From NCBI GenBank assembly GCA_965649765.1, contig OZ287759.1:5766001-5830000 (forward strand): a stretch of DNA of 64,000 bases. The letters are read 5' to 3'. The notes beneath the pieces were generated by a model that worked only from the letters and a program-made list of their open reading frames with translations, searched no databases and was not told the origin of the DNA. Below, piece after piece: positions 1 to 12,320 of the stretch. The stretch comes from Bispira polyomma (lineage: Eukaryota). The translations under genes and the position numbers were made by a program. How positions within the stretch are numbered: the first letter of the stretch is position 1; each line of letters starts with the position of its first letter.

Positions 1-795
1 AGAATAACTGCAAGGAAAGGATGTAGTTCACAAGATTTAATAGGAGAGGATTTTATGAGTTTTAGAACATCCTGTTCGACAGTGTGCAGAAGTGGAACAG
101 GTTAGAAACCTTATACCTTGGGGTTGAAGGACAGAAATGATACATAGTTAAAAACTGTCACAAATGTTGCTTATTTGATCAATAAAAATGTTTCCAAATT
201 TATCGGCTAAAAATGTAAGACAGTGATTTATGGTAAGAACTTTCTCGGATGTTCGATGCAGATTTTGTTTAAGGAGGCCCATAACCTTTTGGGATTGTCT
301 TGATTGTCACTGATGATAGAGTTGTAGTGTTTCCTTTTAGGACTAGATATTAGCCTGTTGAAATTGTTTGTGGTAATGGCTTCTATCGAAAGAGGATTTG
401 GTACGACACCATTGACGCTCAAGTTGGTATTTGCGTCTTTTAGCCTCTGTGATGGCGGCATTGGTCTATCCATGGGGGGTTGTTTGGGGAAGGGTTTTAG
501 ATACCAAGACGCATGTTTATCAAGGATAGTAAAAAGGCTGTGATTTTATTGTAAGCTCAGGCTATAATCGTTTTTGCATGGATATTTCATCAGATTTGAT
601 TCAAGGATGTCGTCTATGAATTTGTCAATATTTATTTTTTCTGATATTTATTATATTTTATCACACAAGATTTTTGTGAGGCAGGTAGTGACAAATGTAA
701 ATAGGCAAAGGTTCCTAGATGATCCGAAATCCCATCAGTTACCCATGATTCACTGATCAGATCTGAATTTGGTGTTGCAATTACCAGATCAAGTA
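1..795 (-). mobile_element. Decayed L2/CR1-group LINE ORF2 fragment (end of endonuclease to pre-RT region)
   Basis: Minus-strand peptides (…LDLVIA…WVTDGISDHL…; …HYNSIISDNQDNPKRLWASLNKI…) resemble the homologous part of the LINE at ~4200-4990. Frameshifted. Confidence 0.75.
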
Positions 796-800
796 TGGTA

Positions 801-962
801 AAGGTGGTAGTTCCTTACTGTGGGCCGCTGGTTTCTCTGCAGAACCTTGACCGACTGTATGCAGTGTTTCCTCCAGCGTTTCCAACTACCCGTCCCAATA
901 TAACCCAATATAACCGACTAAAAGGTACTAGAGTGGATGTTAAATATCCAAATTCAAATTCA
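801..962 (+). mobile_element. 5'-truncated copy of the local tRNA-derived SINE
   Basis: Near-identical to the 3' half of the SINEs at 10465 and 30038 (aaggtggtagttccttactgtgggccgctgg…taaatatccaaattcaaa). Confidence 0.9.
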
Positions 963-2399
963 GTTTAAACTTATGTACACTTGCTAGTCTTTTTAAAACC
1001 TTTGAAATATATAATTGACGAACACTGCAAATGTATGTGCTTGATTTATATACCAACATGTGGTGATGAAATGGAGGTTCATGTTTTAAGAATCACATGT
1101 AACCACCCCTCAGCAAAATGCTAGCCAAATCAAGCATATTTAAGTGCTTTTGCTTTAGTATCCACCAGAACTACATCCCAGCTGTCAACTTTTTTGGTAC
1201 AGAGACCATAATTTCTGGGGTTTCTATAGACATGTGTTACAATCTATAATATGTGCAATTGTCATGATGAAGATGTTTTTCTCTAATAATATCTTACAGA
1301 CTCAAAGAGATATGTAATAGTTGTTATTTTTTAATCTGGGTTGCACATGCACTAGCCAGAATATTCGTAGCTAGCGAGAGACAGTTAGGTGTAGACAAGT
1401 AGCTCTCGGAACTGGCAGGGAGTTATGGTCTGAAATTTGTGGAAATTTGAAATTTTCGTGGAAAAAAGTTTTTGGACTCTTTGTGACGATCCCGGGGTTT
1501 CCGATTCCCGAGTTTTAGTACCCTCCCGTTTTCCGGTTCACCGCTAGGTCACAGAGATTTGGTAAACAAGGCTGAAATAGGAGTGAGGCGTCAGACTAAG
1601 TAAACAAGTTTGAAATAAACCACAGGGATCCGCGGGAAAGGATGGGTAGATAGCTTGGATAGTTGACGAATGAGAATCCCCCTTTCATCCAGAGATACCC
1701 AACTTTGGGCAGATAAACCAATAGGGCAGTTTGTAACTGTTTTGGGGTGATCTGGAGAAACTTCCCGATGCCTCCTGGTTGATTCAGGTTTTTTTGTGCC
1801 TGGATTTTGGAGGAACAGGACGTGTGGTCAATAATAGGTATGAGTTTTATATGTCTTAATATGTGAGTGTTACCATGTTTGATGGGGATAGGGGGGCCGT
1901 GGGGTATTAGGTATTCATCTGATCATTATTCTAAATTTATTCTGATAAAATCATGTAAACTAGTGGGCTTTAAAATTATTACTTTGAACTTTAGGTTTTT
2001 GTAGGGGAGGTAAATAGTTCTCAGGTAAAAGGCCTATATTTGTGATCTTGACCTCCATTTGCTATTTTCATTCATCCTGGACCTGCATGTCTAAAAACTG
2101 TATTTGAATTCATTCATTGTCATCGTTCATATAAAATACTGGGGCTGGGATTGGTCTTCCCATGCTGGTCAGTTCCCTGTTTAGACCAGAGGAAGGAATT
2201 CTGTCTTAAGTGCAGATGGGCAGGATTGGTATTTTTATTTATTCATTTAAAACTTTGGCAATGATTCAGCTTCCTGTGGTCTCCTCACTGTTACCACTCC
2301 TGGTGGAACTATTACCGCTAGCATTAAGGGCGATATTAAGAAAATGGTTATGGTAACGGTAGGACTAGGTATGAGGGATTTATTGTTGGGATGTTATTG

Positions 2400-5312
2400 T
2401 ATTGTATTGTGCATTTTTAACGCGCCTTATTGATGCTAGGCATCTTCTAAGGTGCAAAATCAGAACCAATCAGCCAATAGAAAAATGAAAAAACATAGCC
2501 AGGTCGTAAGGATGGATGCGTCAGCGCCCAGGAAGAGGACTACAGCGGATAGGCGAGCCTGAAGAGATAGGTTTTAAGCTTTTTCCTAAAACCCGAAAGT
2601 GTTTCAAGCAGTCTAAGTTCAACTGGGAGACTGTTCCACAAACTAGGTGCGGCGACTGAGAAGGCTCTAGATCCAACCCTCTTGGTGGTTTTTTTTGAGG
2701 AAACAGTGAGCCTTTTTCCCCTTTTAAGACTGCTGAGGGAGAGGTTAGAAGCAAGGTAGTAAGGCTGTTGAGAGACAACAGCTTTAAAAATGGTAACGTG
2801 CATTTTAAACAGGATTCGATAGTGAATAGGAAGCCAGTGAAGTTTCTTGAGGTATAAAGTGACATAAGTACGGATTCCCAGACGAAAGATGGCTTTACAT
2901 AGATAGTTTTGAATGGACTGCAACTTGTTAATGTGAGACTTATTGGCTCCATACAAAAGAGAATTACAGTAGTCAAGGCAGCTACTTACAAGAGCGTTGG
3001 CCACAGTGATAGCAGTATTTAGTGACAAAAATTTTTTGATTCTTTTGAGGTCCCGAATGTGATAGTAACAGGTGCGGCGGATGCTGTTAATGTGAGGAAG
3101 AAATGAAAAAGCAGGGTCGAAAGTGACACCTAGGTTTTGACCTGGTCTGAAGGTTGAATCGCATTACCCATCAGTGTGATTGGGAAAAGTGATCCGAAGT
3201 ATTCACTGTGTTTCTTATTTCCAATTAGAATGAATTCAGTTTTGTCAGGGTTTAAGTTCAATTTGGAGTAGTTCATGCAGGGGCGTAGCTACCATTAACG
3301 CCAGTACGCCCAGGCGTACCAATTTATTAACAAGAAAAAAAAAATGAATTTAAATTTCATTTTATTATATTTGTTTTAGTAGTTGTTACACAAATTGCTG
3401 TTGTTAAATAAAAAAATTAATGTTGATGCACCCCCCCCCCCCCCCCCCACGAATTGAATCTTTGGTAGGACAAACAAAAGAACCTAATCTTAATATATTT
3501 GTTTAATTTGGGAGTACCAGATGAACAATCCTGGCTACTCCCCTGTCATCTATGCCTGAACTGAGGAGAGACAGTCAGCAAGTAAATCCAGGTTGTATCC
3601 GGCATTCTAAGTGTTAAGAGAGAGATAGATTTAAGTGTCATCAGCATACATGTGATGTTTAACATTATGATTATTGATGACTGCACTGAGAGGATGGGTG
3701 TAGAGGGTAAACAGTAAAGGACCGAGAACCGACCCTTGGGGTACTCCAAATGGTAGGTTAAAAGAGGATGAAAAGTGGTCGCCCAATTTGATTTTTTGGG
3801 TTCTAAGAGCAAGGTACGATTTGATTCAATCAAGGACAATACCATTAAGACCAAACTACTGTTTTAGGGTGTCAAAGAGTAAGCCATGGTGGATGGTATC
3901 AAAAGCTGCGGAGAGATCGAGAAGGGTGATGGCTACAGTTTCATCACGATCCAAGGCAAGGTTAATGTCATCACTGATTGAAAGGAGGGCACTCTCCGTG
4001 GAGGGAAATTTTCTGTAGGCAGATTTTTTAATTTAGGCATAGTTTTTTCGCCCATTTTTGTCAAGGCCTGGTTTTTTCAGCAAAGGGGCGACATACGTAG
4101 TTTTGAAACAAGAGGGAAAAATACCATCCCTAAGCGAAAAAATTTATGATGTTGGTGATAAGAATTAGGAGAATGTCTAGACATTCTGTGAAAACAGTGG
4201 CAGGGATACGATCCAGTTCACAGGATTTGATGGAGTTGGATTTTATGAGTTTGAGAACATCGTTCTCGGAAAGTGGGTTAAAATGTAGCATATTTGAGAC
4301 TTTATAGCCAGGGGATGGTGGAGAGAACTGTAGCATTGTTGAAAAACCTTCTCGAATTTTAGTTATTTTTTCAATGAAAAATTTTTCTGCAAGAAATGTG
4401 AGGCAGTTATTTTCAGGCAAAACTTTTTCAGCTGTGCGGTGGAGTATCTTATTCATGGAGCTCCATAACCTTTTTGGTGAGTTTGAATTCTAATTGATGA
4501 TTGAATCATAGTGCTCTGTTTTGGCTCTGGTCATTAGTGCATTAAAGTGGTTTGTGGCGATTCTGTAGCGCTTCCTGTCAAGTCATGATTTAGTGCACCA
4601 CCATAGCTGCTCAAGTTGACGTTTATGCCTTTTAGCTTCCTTGATTTCTGGGTTTGTCCATTCATGGGGGTCAGAAAGTGGGAGGGTTTTAAAAACCCAA
4701 GGAGCATGACTGTTAAGGATTGAGGACAAAGTGTAGTTATATTGAAGACTGAGACTTTCTGCATTTTTACAAGGGTGTTTAATGAGGCGAGAAGCAAGTA
4801 TGTCATCCCGAAATTTGGGAAAATTAATTTTCTTGATGTTGCAATATTTTATTACCTTCAGTTTGTGTGAGAGTGGTTTGAGCAGCAGGAGGTGTGCAAA
4901 AGTGGCAAGATGGTCAGACACCCCGTCAGTAACCCATACATCCTGTATCAGCTTGGACTCTGGTCGAGCGATGATCAGGTCAAGAATGTGGTTATGTAGA
5001 TGAGTGGGACAGGAAATAAACTGTTTGAATTTAAAGATATTCAAGAAGCTGTAGAAATCTTAGGTTGTTGTGTTATTGATGTGAACTTTGATGTTGAACA
5101 CCAAGTGCAATTGATTCCAGCGGCAGGAGCTTAATAGATTCAAGGAAACTAGAAAAGTCTTGATTGAAGGCAGATATAGAAGGGTTAGGTGGACGATAGA
5201 GGGAGGAAACTAGACATGATTGAGATCCATTTGAAATTATGCATGTAATACATTCGAAAGATGGAGGGTAGTCAATATTGAGAATTTTGCTCACATTTAC
5301 TAATCCATCCAT
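2400..5312 (-). mobile_element. Decayed L2/CR1-group LINE: ORF2 (APE endonuclease + reverse transcriptase) and 3' UTR
   Basis: Broken ORFs contain LYRPP and HILDLII…SDH (endonuclease), LLDLSAAFDTIHH and YADDT (RT), and C-terminal LDYCNSLL…LHWLP…FSVAAPSLWNSLP…LKTYLF. Many stops and frameshifts. Confidence 0.9.
3278..3545. mobile_element. MITE with CAGGGG terminal inverted repeats (hAT-like), inserted in the LINE
   Basis: Ends are caggggcgtagc and gctactcccctg, flanked by tcatg/tcatc. It interrupts LINE sequence that is contiguous in the related copy at ~33720. Confidence 0.8.
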
Positions 5313-5911
5313 TTTACATATATATTTACCATCTTACACCCAAGTGGGTATCCCATCTCATCAATAAAACTCAATTATTATTATTATTAATACATATTGT
5401 GTTTTACTTGACATGTGTTATATAGATTATTGATTCAAAACAATTTTGTGGTGTGACCTTGATTGGCCTTTACTTTAGTTTAAGTTTCACTTTAAGGTAA
5501 AATTCATATTTAGTAGCTGTCCTTTTATGCTACAACTTAGCTGAAATCTCAGTGCCTGGGCTGCAAAAGTCTCATCTTGCCCATGATTTCCTACTCTACA
5601 GTTTAGCTCGGCAGGTGTAAAGAACAGGGGATGTTCAAGTGTCACGCTACCACGTTTACTTGAACATCCAATCTAGTATACTGGTTTCGTATGATTTAGA
5701 CAGTACCAAGGGATGTGGGATGTAAGGTGGTATAACTTGGAATTGGACTTGTTTGGTGGGATTCTCATGTGGTTGGTGACAGTTTTTTTGGTCTGGAACC
5801 AAAGGGGGAATAGCCACCAATAAGGTTTCAATGAGTTTGGCCATCCCCAGGTATTAAATAATACGGAAATCAGGTGATAAGGCAGATATTTCTAACGGTT
5901 GGTTAAGGAAT

Positions 5912-6070
5912 CACTAGACTACTCTTTGTACAGTGACAGGTAACTGGTGAAGGGTAGTGGGAGCACTAGACTACTCTTGGTACAGTGCTAGGTAACTGGT
6001 TAGGGGTAGCGGGGACACTAAACTACTATTTGTACAGTAACAGGTAACTGGTCAGCAGTAGTGGGAACAG
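5912..6070. repeat. 52-bp minisatellite, 3 units
   Basis: Unit cactagactactctttgtacagtgacaggtaactggtgaagggtagtgggag starts at 5912, 5964 and 6016. Confidence 0.9.
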
Positions 6071-6218
6071 TACGGTTGGTTAAGCCATAATTTAAGCTAC
6101 TTGACTATAAAGTCCCATACTTTATTGGTTTGGCCTAAGCGAACAGGCAATGGCAGAAGCCTGACAAGGGGGCGGTCAGGTTGTATAGTACCAACCGCCT
6201 ACTGACCCATCCTGCTTG

Positions 6219-6663
6219 TTTATAAGTTTCTTCACACTTGGTTTTTTCAAGGTATTTTACCCCATATCTTTCAACTTACAGTAGTTCCTATAATACCAGA
6301 CGCAGTCAAAGTGGTAGTAATTTCCTTGTCGTTTCAAAGTTCTACCCATCTACTCAAAAGTCAGTTAAACAGTTTGTTCACAGTTTTGCTTTTGATGCTC
6401 CCATTGTTTAGAATGCTCTTCCTGATGTGATTCTCCTCCCCCCTCACTAGCCTCTTTTAGAAAGCAGCTTAAAACTCACTTGTACACCAAAGCATACCCA
6501 CCTTAGTCTCAATCATCCCCCGGTGCGCTCTGTGGTGCTCGCCCCTTTTCTGTCCCTTGACATTAGAAATTTAGATTACTGTCTTTTGTGCTGTTGCGCC
6601 TTAGAGTCCCCTTCGTTACGGGGAGATTAAGGGCTATAAAAGTCTAATTACAATTACAATTAT
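6219..6663 (+). mobile_element. 3' end of an L2-type LINE (same family as 20645-22590)
   Basis: Matches the reverse complement of ~20645-21085, including the …TKAYPP stop, the 3' UTR and the (caatta)n tail. Confidence 0.85.
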
Positions 6664-6739
6664 TCAAAAACAAGGTTCAAGATCAGATCAAAGTTGAGGA
6701 AAAAAATTTCAAGTAATCGGTATTAACAAATCAACAAAC

Positions 6740-6890
6740 CACTAGACTACTCTTTGTACAGTGATAGGTAACTGGTTAGGGGTAGTGGGGGCACTAAACT
6801 ACTCTTTAAATATTGATGGGTAATTGGTGAGGGGTAGTGGGAGCACTAGACTATACTTTCGTAATACGATAGGTAATTGGTGAGCAGTTT
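6740..6890. repeat. Second array of the same 52-bp minisatellite, 3 units
   Basis: Units start at 6740, 6792 and 6844 with the same consensus as the 5912 array. Confidence 0.9.
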
Positions 6891-7734
6891 AATAGAAAAA
6901 ACGAGATCTGTGAGGGATAATAGATCGTTTTTTCTATTAGAGTAATTTTTCTTTCCGTAACAATGCTTTGATTTTTACTGATGGTACACTATTTTCGGCC
7001 TAGAGTCTATTTGACCGCCCACCAATGACTGGTCAGTAACTTGCTTTGTTGTGGCATTATCATGATATGGCCGTATGGCCATTTTCCTCTTGTTTTATTA
7101 CATTCAATATTTTTCATAATAAAGCATTCAAACTACAAAATGACTATCCTAACATTGAAATCGAGGCTGGTATTTTCCATCATATTATTTTTTTTACAAA
7201 ATAAAGCATGTCTTTAGAACTACAATGTATTATTACGTGACCATCGAAAATAGACGACTGACGAGATTACGTAACACAAAGGATACCTAGTCCCTATCAA
7301 TGTTCACAAGTCTTGCTTTTCCGATACGCTGGTCACATATCATGTTTTCCATGTGCCGTACGCAAAAAAATCCAACGAACATCATACACAGGTGGTGCTG
7401 GCTTCAGCCTACCCAAGGCCGATGGTAGGCCAAAGTCACCACTCAACACATCATCAACTACTGATGCACTTCTTCACAATGATAGAAATCAATACACTTT
7501 ATGCACACATCTGGAAAGCACCCCTGATATGTGGTTCCCACCAGGGGCGCATGCTGCCTGTTAACCCCCCCCCCCCCCTTCAAAAAAAAAAAAGCAAAAA
7601 AAAGCTGATCTTTTTCTTATTGGTACTCAGATTTCTGTGGTTGTTGTCTATGGAAGCTTATACAACTCATGCATTAAAGTAATTTTATCTTAATAAGTAA
7701 TTAAATTATTATCTTAAAGTAATTTTTAGGTGTT

Positions 7735-7925
7735 TGTCATAATAACAAGATAGCTCTATCATGTAATTACAAAGAAAACCCTATGTTGTAATTACAAAAT
7801 AAGTGTTTCTTGTAATTATAAGATATATCTAGTAATTACTAGAAACACTGATTTTGTTATTACTAGATACACATATCTTGTTATTACAAGTTATATACAG
7901 GATCTTGTAATGACACGATAATATT
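7735..7925. repeat. Palindromic array of cttgtaattacaag-like motifs (MITE-like foldback)
   Basis: Imperfect palindrome centred near 7825: …aagtgtttcttgtaattataagatat|atctagtaattactagaaacactga…. Confidence 0.65.
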
Positions 7926-10464
7926 TGTCTTTAAAGTATAACATATGTAGGCTTAAGTAGTTGTCCAATGTGAGCAGTTTTCAAATTGTCAACGAAACAT
8001 TCTGCTTTTTTTGTAGTCGGTTTGTAGTCGATTATAATTAATTTAAATGTTATCTTTAATTTAAATGTTATCTTTAATTTAACTTAAGGCTACATATAGG
8101 AACATTGAAAAATGTCATCCCTTAAATGTTTGTTCATTAAACGTGAGATCAGATTGTAGTTAAATGTTAAACAGTAGTGAATAACACATACACACAAAAG
8201 AACGTATTACGGTAAAAAAAGTCACCTTTTCATAGAATGTCATACAAATCTGCAGAAATGATAAATAGAGTTGTGAGTACCTGAATGTAAAAAGTTTACA
8301 GTAATTGAAATGCTATTGATCTCAGTTCTTGTTACAGCAAAAAATAGATGTGCTTTCTCTCTAATTATGTATATTTTACTTATTTAGGATGCCACTTGCA
8401 CTACTCTAAACTGTGTTTTTACTTGTTTGTTGAGTCCTATTAATGAATAAGAATTTTAACCATGTTTGAGTTATAGAGATGTAGCTGATGTCATCAATAT
8501 GTACATATGGCATTGTTATGAAGTAGATCTTTTTAGGAAAATAACTTCATGATTGGACTACACATGTCTGCTAAGAATTCTAGTGGCATCAGTCAATACA
8601 AAAAATGATTTGTATTTTTGTTACACATTTGCATTTTTGAACATTCCGATTACTAGCAGTGTGCGACACACTATGGGTAGAGAGCGCTTCCTTATTTTGT
8701 TTCCAATAGGAAATTTGTATTGCAAATAATCTAAATGTGCATTTTTTTAAAACATACAGTACTATATATTATATATTGAATTTTCAGTCATTTTTTGTCT
8801 AAAGTGACTAGGGGATTACCATTTCCCAACTAACCACCTTACATGAGCAAAGTATGTCCTGTGTCTTCGCATCCAAAATTGTTGGCTAATTCTGGTATGA
8901 TATATTATCCATGGTCACGAAATATTCAAATTAAACTCCAAATAGCCCCTTGAATATAAAATACTAAAACTGTCTTGAATTTAAATCAGAATAATTTACT
9001 AAGTCAAGAAATCTGCTTAAATAATTATATTTCATTATGGCTATCTTTATTCAGAATGACTCCTGTGGCTTAATTGTTAGGGAGTTTGGTGATTATATGT
9101 CACGAGTTTAACTTCTGGTTGGGAAAGCCTTGATTGGAAGGTGCTAGCTTCAACTCATGCTACTCAGGCTATGTAACAGGACTCTCCCTTTTAAAGAATG
9201 AGGACCTTTAAGGATGATATATCAATGGGGTGCTTCATAAATGCTTCAATAATAATAATAATGCTTTTCTGCTGGTGCAAGTGAAGAGAAATTGATTAGG
9301 AAAAACTAAGAGAAACTGATTAGGCATCGGTTATGGTTCATAAAGACTTCTGTTTTGATCTTTTCCACAGCATGCATGTGGTAAACTACCCAGGTCTGTA
9401 ATGTTAAACACTTACTAAATCTAAATGTATTATCTTTTCACTCACAACCTTTTAAAAAATATTTTGTCAAAAAGAAACAAAAGCTCAACCCAATTTTATT
9501 TGTGTATTACATTAGAATGGTACTTTAGCCTATTTATATAGGCTTCCTTATATGATTAGTTGAGGCTTGAATCTGTATGTTCGGCATAGAAATGCTCCAT
9601 CACAATTCTAACACAATTCTAACTTGTGTACTGTTAGTTCTGGTACACAGGGCTTCTGTTGCAGGTCCTACACTTCTGTGAAATACTAGAGATAGTGTAT
9701 ACTTATTAGTATCCTCAAATAACTTGGCATTGTCTAAAGGTAACACAAAGTCAACCCTATCTCGTGATGTCGCTGAGCATTTTGACGTGCGAATTCACGT
9801 GCCGGTCATTGTCTATGATGTTCATTTTCACCTCCCAGGAATATAGTTAATAAAACTATAGAAATGTTTTTTTTTAAAAACCTGAAAAAAGTAAAAATAA
9901 AAATTAAGAGTGTGTAAAACATTAATGATCTTAATTAAAACAATGCACATTATATACATTATTTCCATGTAACACACATCTATATAAATACCAGAAAGGT
10001 TTGTTGTAGCAAAAGTTAACTGCTGGAAATAAGTGCTATCAAAAACTGAAGCGAAAGCATATCTCACATGCTATGATTTTTTCACTCAGGAATGTAACAT
10101 TAAAAAAAATAATTGTTACTATAATTTTAATAACTATTCCCGATTCTTTGTTGCAGGTTTGTAGTCAGTTATAATCGACTTCACCTAATGTTCAAAAGAA
10201 AGATATCAGGATGTGTATGTATGCCGTATACTACACATGAATATAACAGGGCATATAAGTCTCAAGCTTATGAATTTGACTTTAATATTTAACATAAACA
10301 AGTTAACATTTGGATCTTACAGTGCATAGTTACATTCAACTGAAAACCTTAGCTTATTGTTAACTGTTCTTATAATAACAACGAAGGACTATGAAATTCC
10401 AGTTTTAGATATGTTAACCCTTTCGACCCCTACATTGTCGACAAGCAGCCAACAGCAATTCTGA

Positions 10465-10711
10465 GGGGCCGCCGTGGCCTAGTGGTTAGCAAGCATTGTA
10501 CTTCACAATCACTGGTCTCTTACCTCTGGGCGGTGTGAGTTCGAATTCCGTCGATGCCTATGTGGGAAAGATGGTAGTTCTTTACTGTGGGCCACTGGTT
10601 TCAGTGCAGAACCTTGATCAACTGTATGCAGTGTTTCCTCTAGCGTTTCCAACTACCCGTCCCAATATAACCTAAACAGGTACTAGAGTGTACCTTAAAT
10701 ATCCAAATTCA
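10465..10711 (+). mobile_element. Full-length tRNA-derived SINE with 14-bp target-site duplication
   Basis: A box tggcctagtgg and B box gttcgaattcc. TSD aacagcaattctga at 10451-10464 and 10712-10725. Confidence 0.93.
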
Positions 10712-10981
10712 AACAGCAATTCTGACTCTCAGAACCTACATGGGGTATATGTCTCTTGGCACTCCAAAAATATTAATTTATTCTTTTGTCAGTTCCTCGC
10801 AATTAGAAAATAATTAGGACAGCAGAATTCTTTGTATAAAAAATTATATGTGATGCCATTATTGATTTGAGGAACAAGTCTGTGGTGTGTGTTTTAGTGA
10901 CTGCAGCTAACTGTAACCAACTACTCACATTTTTCTTCAGTTCTCGGCCATAGTTTTGTTTTGTGGTCAAAAGAGTTGGAC

Positions 10982-10986
<5 letters not shown>

Positions 10987-11015
<29 letters not shown>
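10987..11015. repeat. (TA)n microsatellite
   Basis: Direct read. Confidence 0.95.
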
Positions 11016-11018
<3 letters not shown>

Positions 11019-12164
11019 CCTTTTAGAAATACCATTCCTGAGTTGTTTTTTACTAAACACAAGATCTGTAGATTGTTGTTAAATGCTAAACAATAGTAAA
11101 TAACACACATACACAAACATATTTTAGTAAAAACATTTTTTTTCACAGAATGTCCTATAAAGCAACAGAAAGGATAAATAGTGGTTTGAATCGAATGTAA
11201 AATATTTTACAGTAAAAAGATTTTACAATGACTTGGAATGTTATTAATCGCTGTTCTTATCACAGCAAAAAATATATGTTTTCTCTCAGAATCCTGTTTT
11301 TTATTTTTGTTTTTTACAGTACATGAGTACAATCACGTATAGTCTACTTACTTAAATGTCATTTGTACTACTCCAAATTGTGTTTCTACCTGTTTTCTTT
11401 TCGTGATTTTTGTCTGAGCACACTAATACAAATATTATGAAACACAACAGATATCTTTAATTCTTAAATATAAAACTCCATAAACATAGAATTGGAAAGA
11501 AATTATCTATTCAATCAATTGAAAATATATGATATATAAATTACCTCTAACAATATTGGCCACAATGAATAAAATTTTAACAATATATAATTTAGGTGCT
11601 AACTTTAATTATTCACAAAACGTACAGCCAAATATAAGTTCAATTAAAAATTTCACCTAAAAATAAATAAAAATTGTCATCCTGGCTCAATTATCCGTTA
11701 CTCTGCCCCCAAATGGCTAAGGAAATATATTGGATTACAATGGAATTGTGACATTAAATGACAAACAAACAACAATAACTTAAGTAGATAGAAATATCAA
11801 GATGCATATTAAAAGTAGGCCCTAGCGTCAGAGATGCCAAAAAAAGAACCGATTGCCTGAATGGGCATACAGTCAGCCTCATCCTCAACGTTAAAAAAAA
11901 AATCAGAAAGTTTATGTTTAAGTATATGTATATAGCTTTTGATATTGTTATGATCGAAAGACATTTTCTTTCGCTGTTAACTCTATATCTATTCCATGTC
12001 GGCACTAAGTATTTATGATGAATAAAAATAAAGTAAATCTTGAACCTAAAATAACAAGACAACAACCATTTATTAACAAACTTTAAATTTCAATGGTCAT
12101 GCTTAAGGTTAGAGCAGGAAGATAGGTCTGGCATGGTCAGCCAGTCTGAATTAGAGGACAGGTC

Positions 12165-12320
12165 TGGCTCCTCCTGTAAGAGAACTGCACCAAGACCAAC
12201 ATCACTTGCATCTGTTTCTACTATAAACTTCTTGGACGGTTCCGGATAAGCCAGGATTGTAGAGCTGACCAGGGCCTTCTTCAGCGAATTAAACGCTTCC
12301 TGGCCCATGTCACAAATGTC
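12165..12320 (-). mobile_element. Ty3/gypsy LTR retrotransposon pol fragment (RT-RNase H connection)
   Basis: QEAFNSLKKALVSSTILAYPEPSKKFIVETDASDVGLGAVLLQ is the characteristic gypsy TDAS…GLGAVL motif. Confidence 0.85.

Noticed and set aside
1380-1900. Relatively GC/CpG-rich patch, possibly a promoter or LINE 5' UTR
   Set aside because: No diagnostic motif or linked ORF could be established by eye.
5912-6890. 52-bp repeats as a CRISPR array
   Set aside because: Units are contiguous with no unique spacers, there are no cas genes, and the context is eukaryotic.
10465-10555. tRNA gene
   Set aside because: A and B boxes are followed by a shared SINE body, tail and TSD, and there is no intact cloverleaf.
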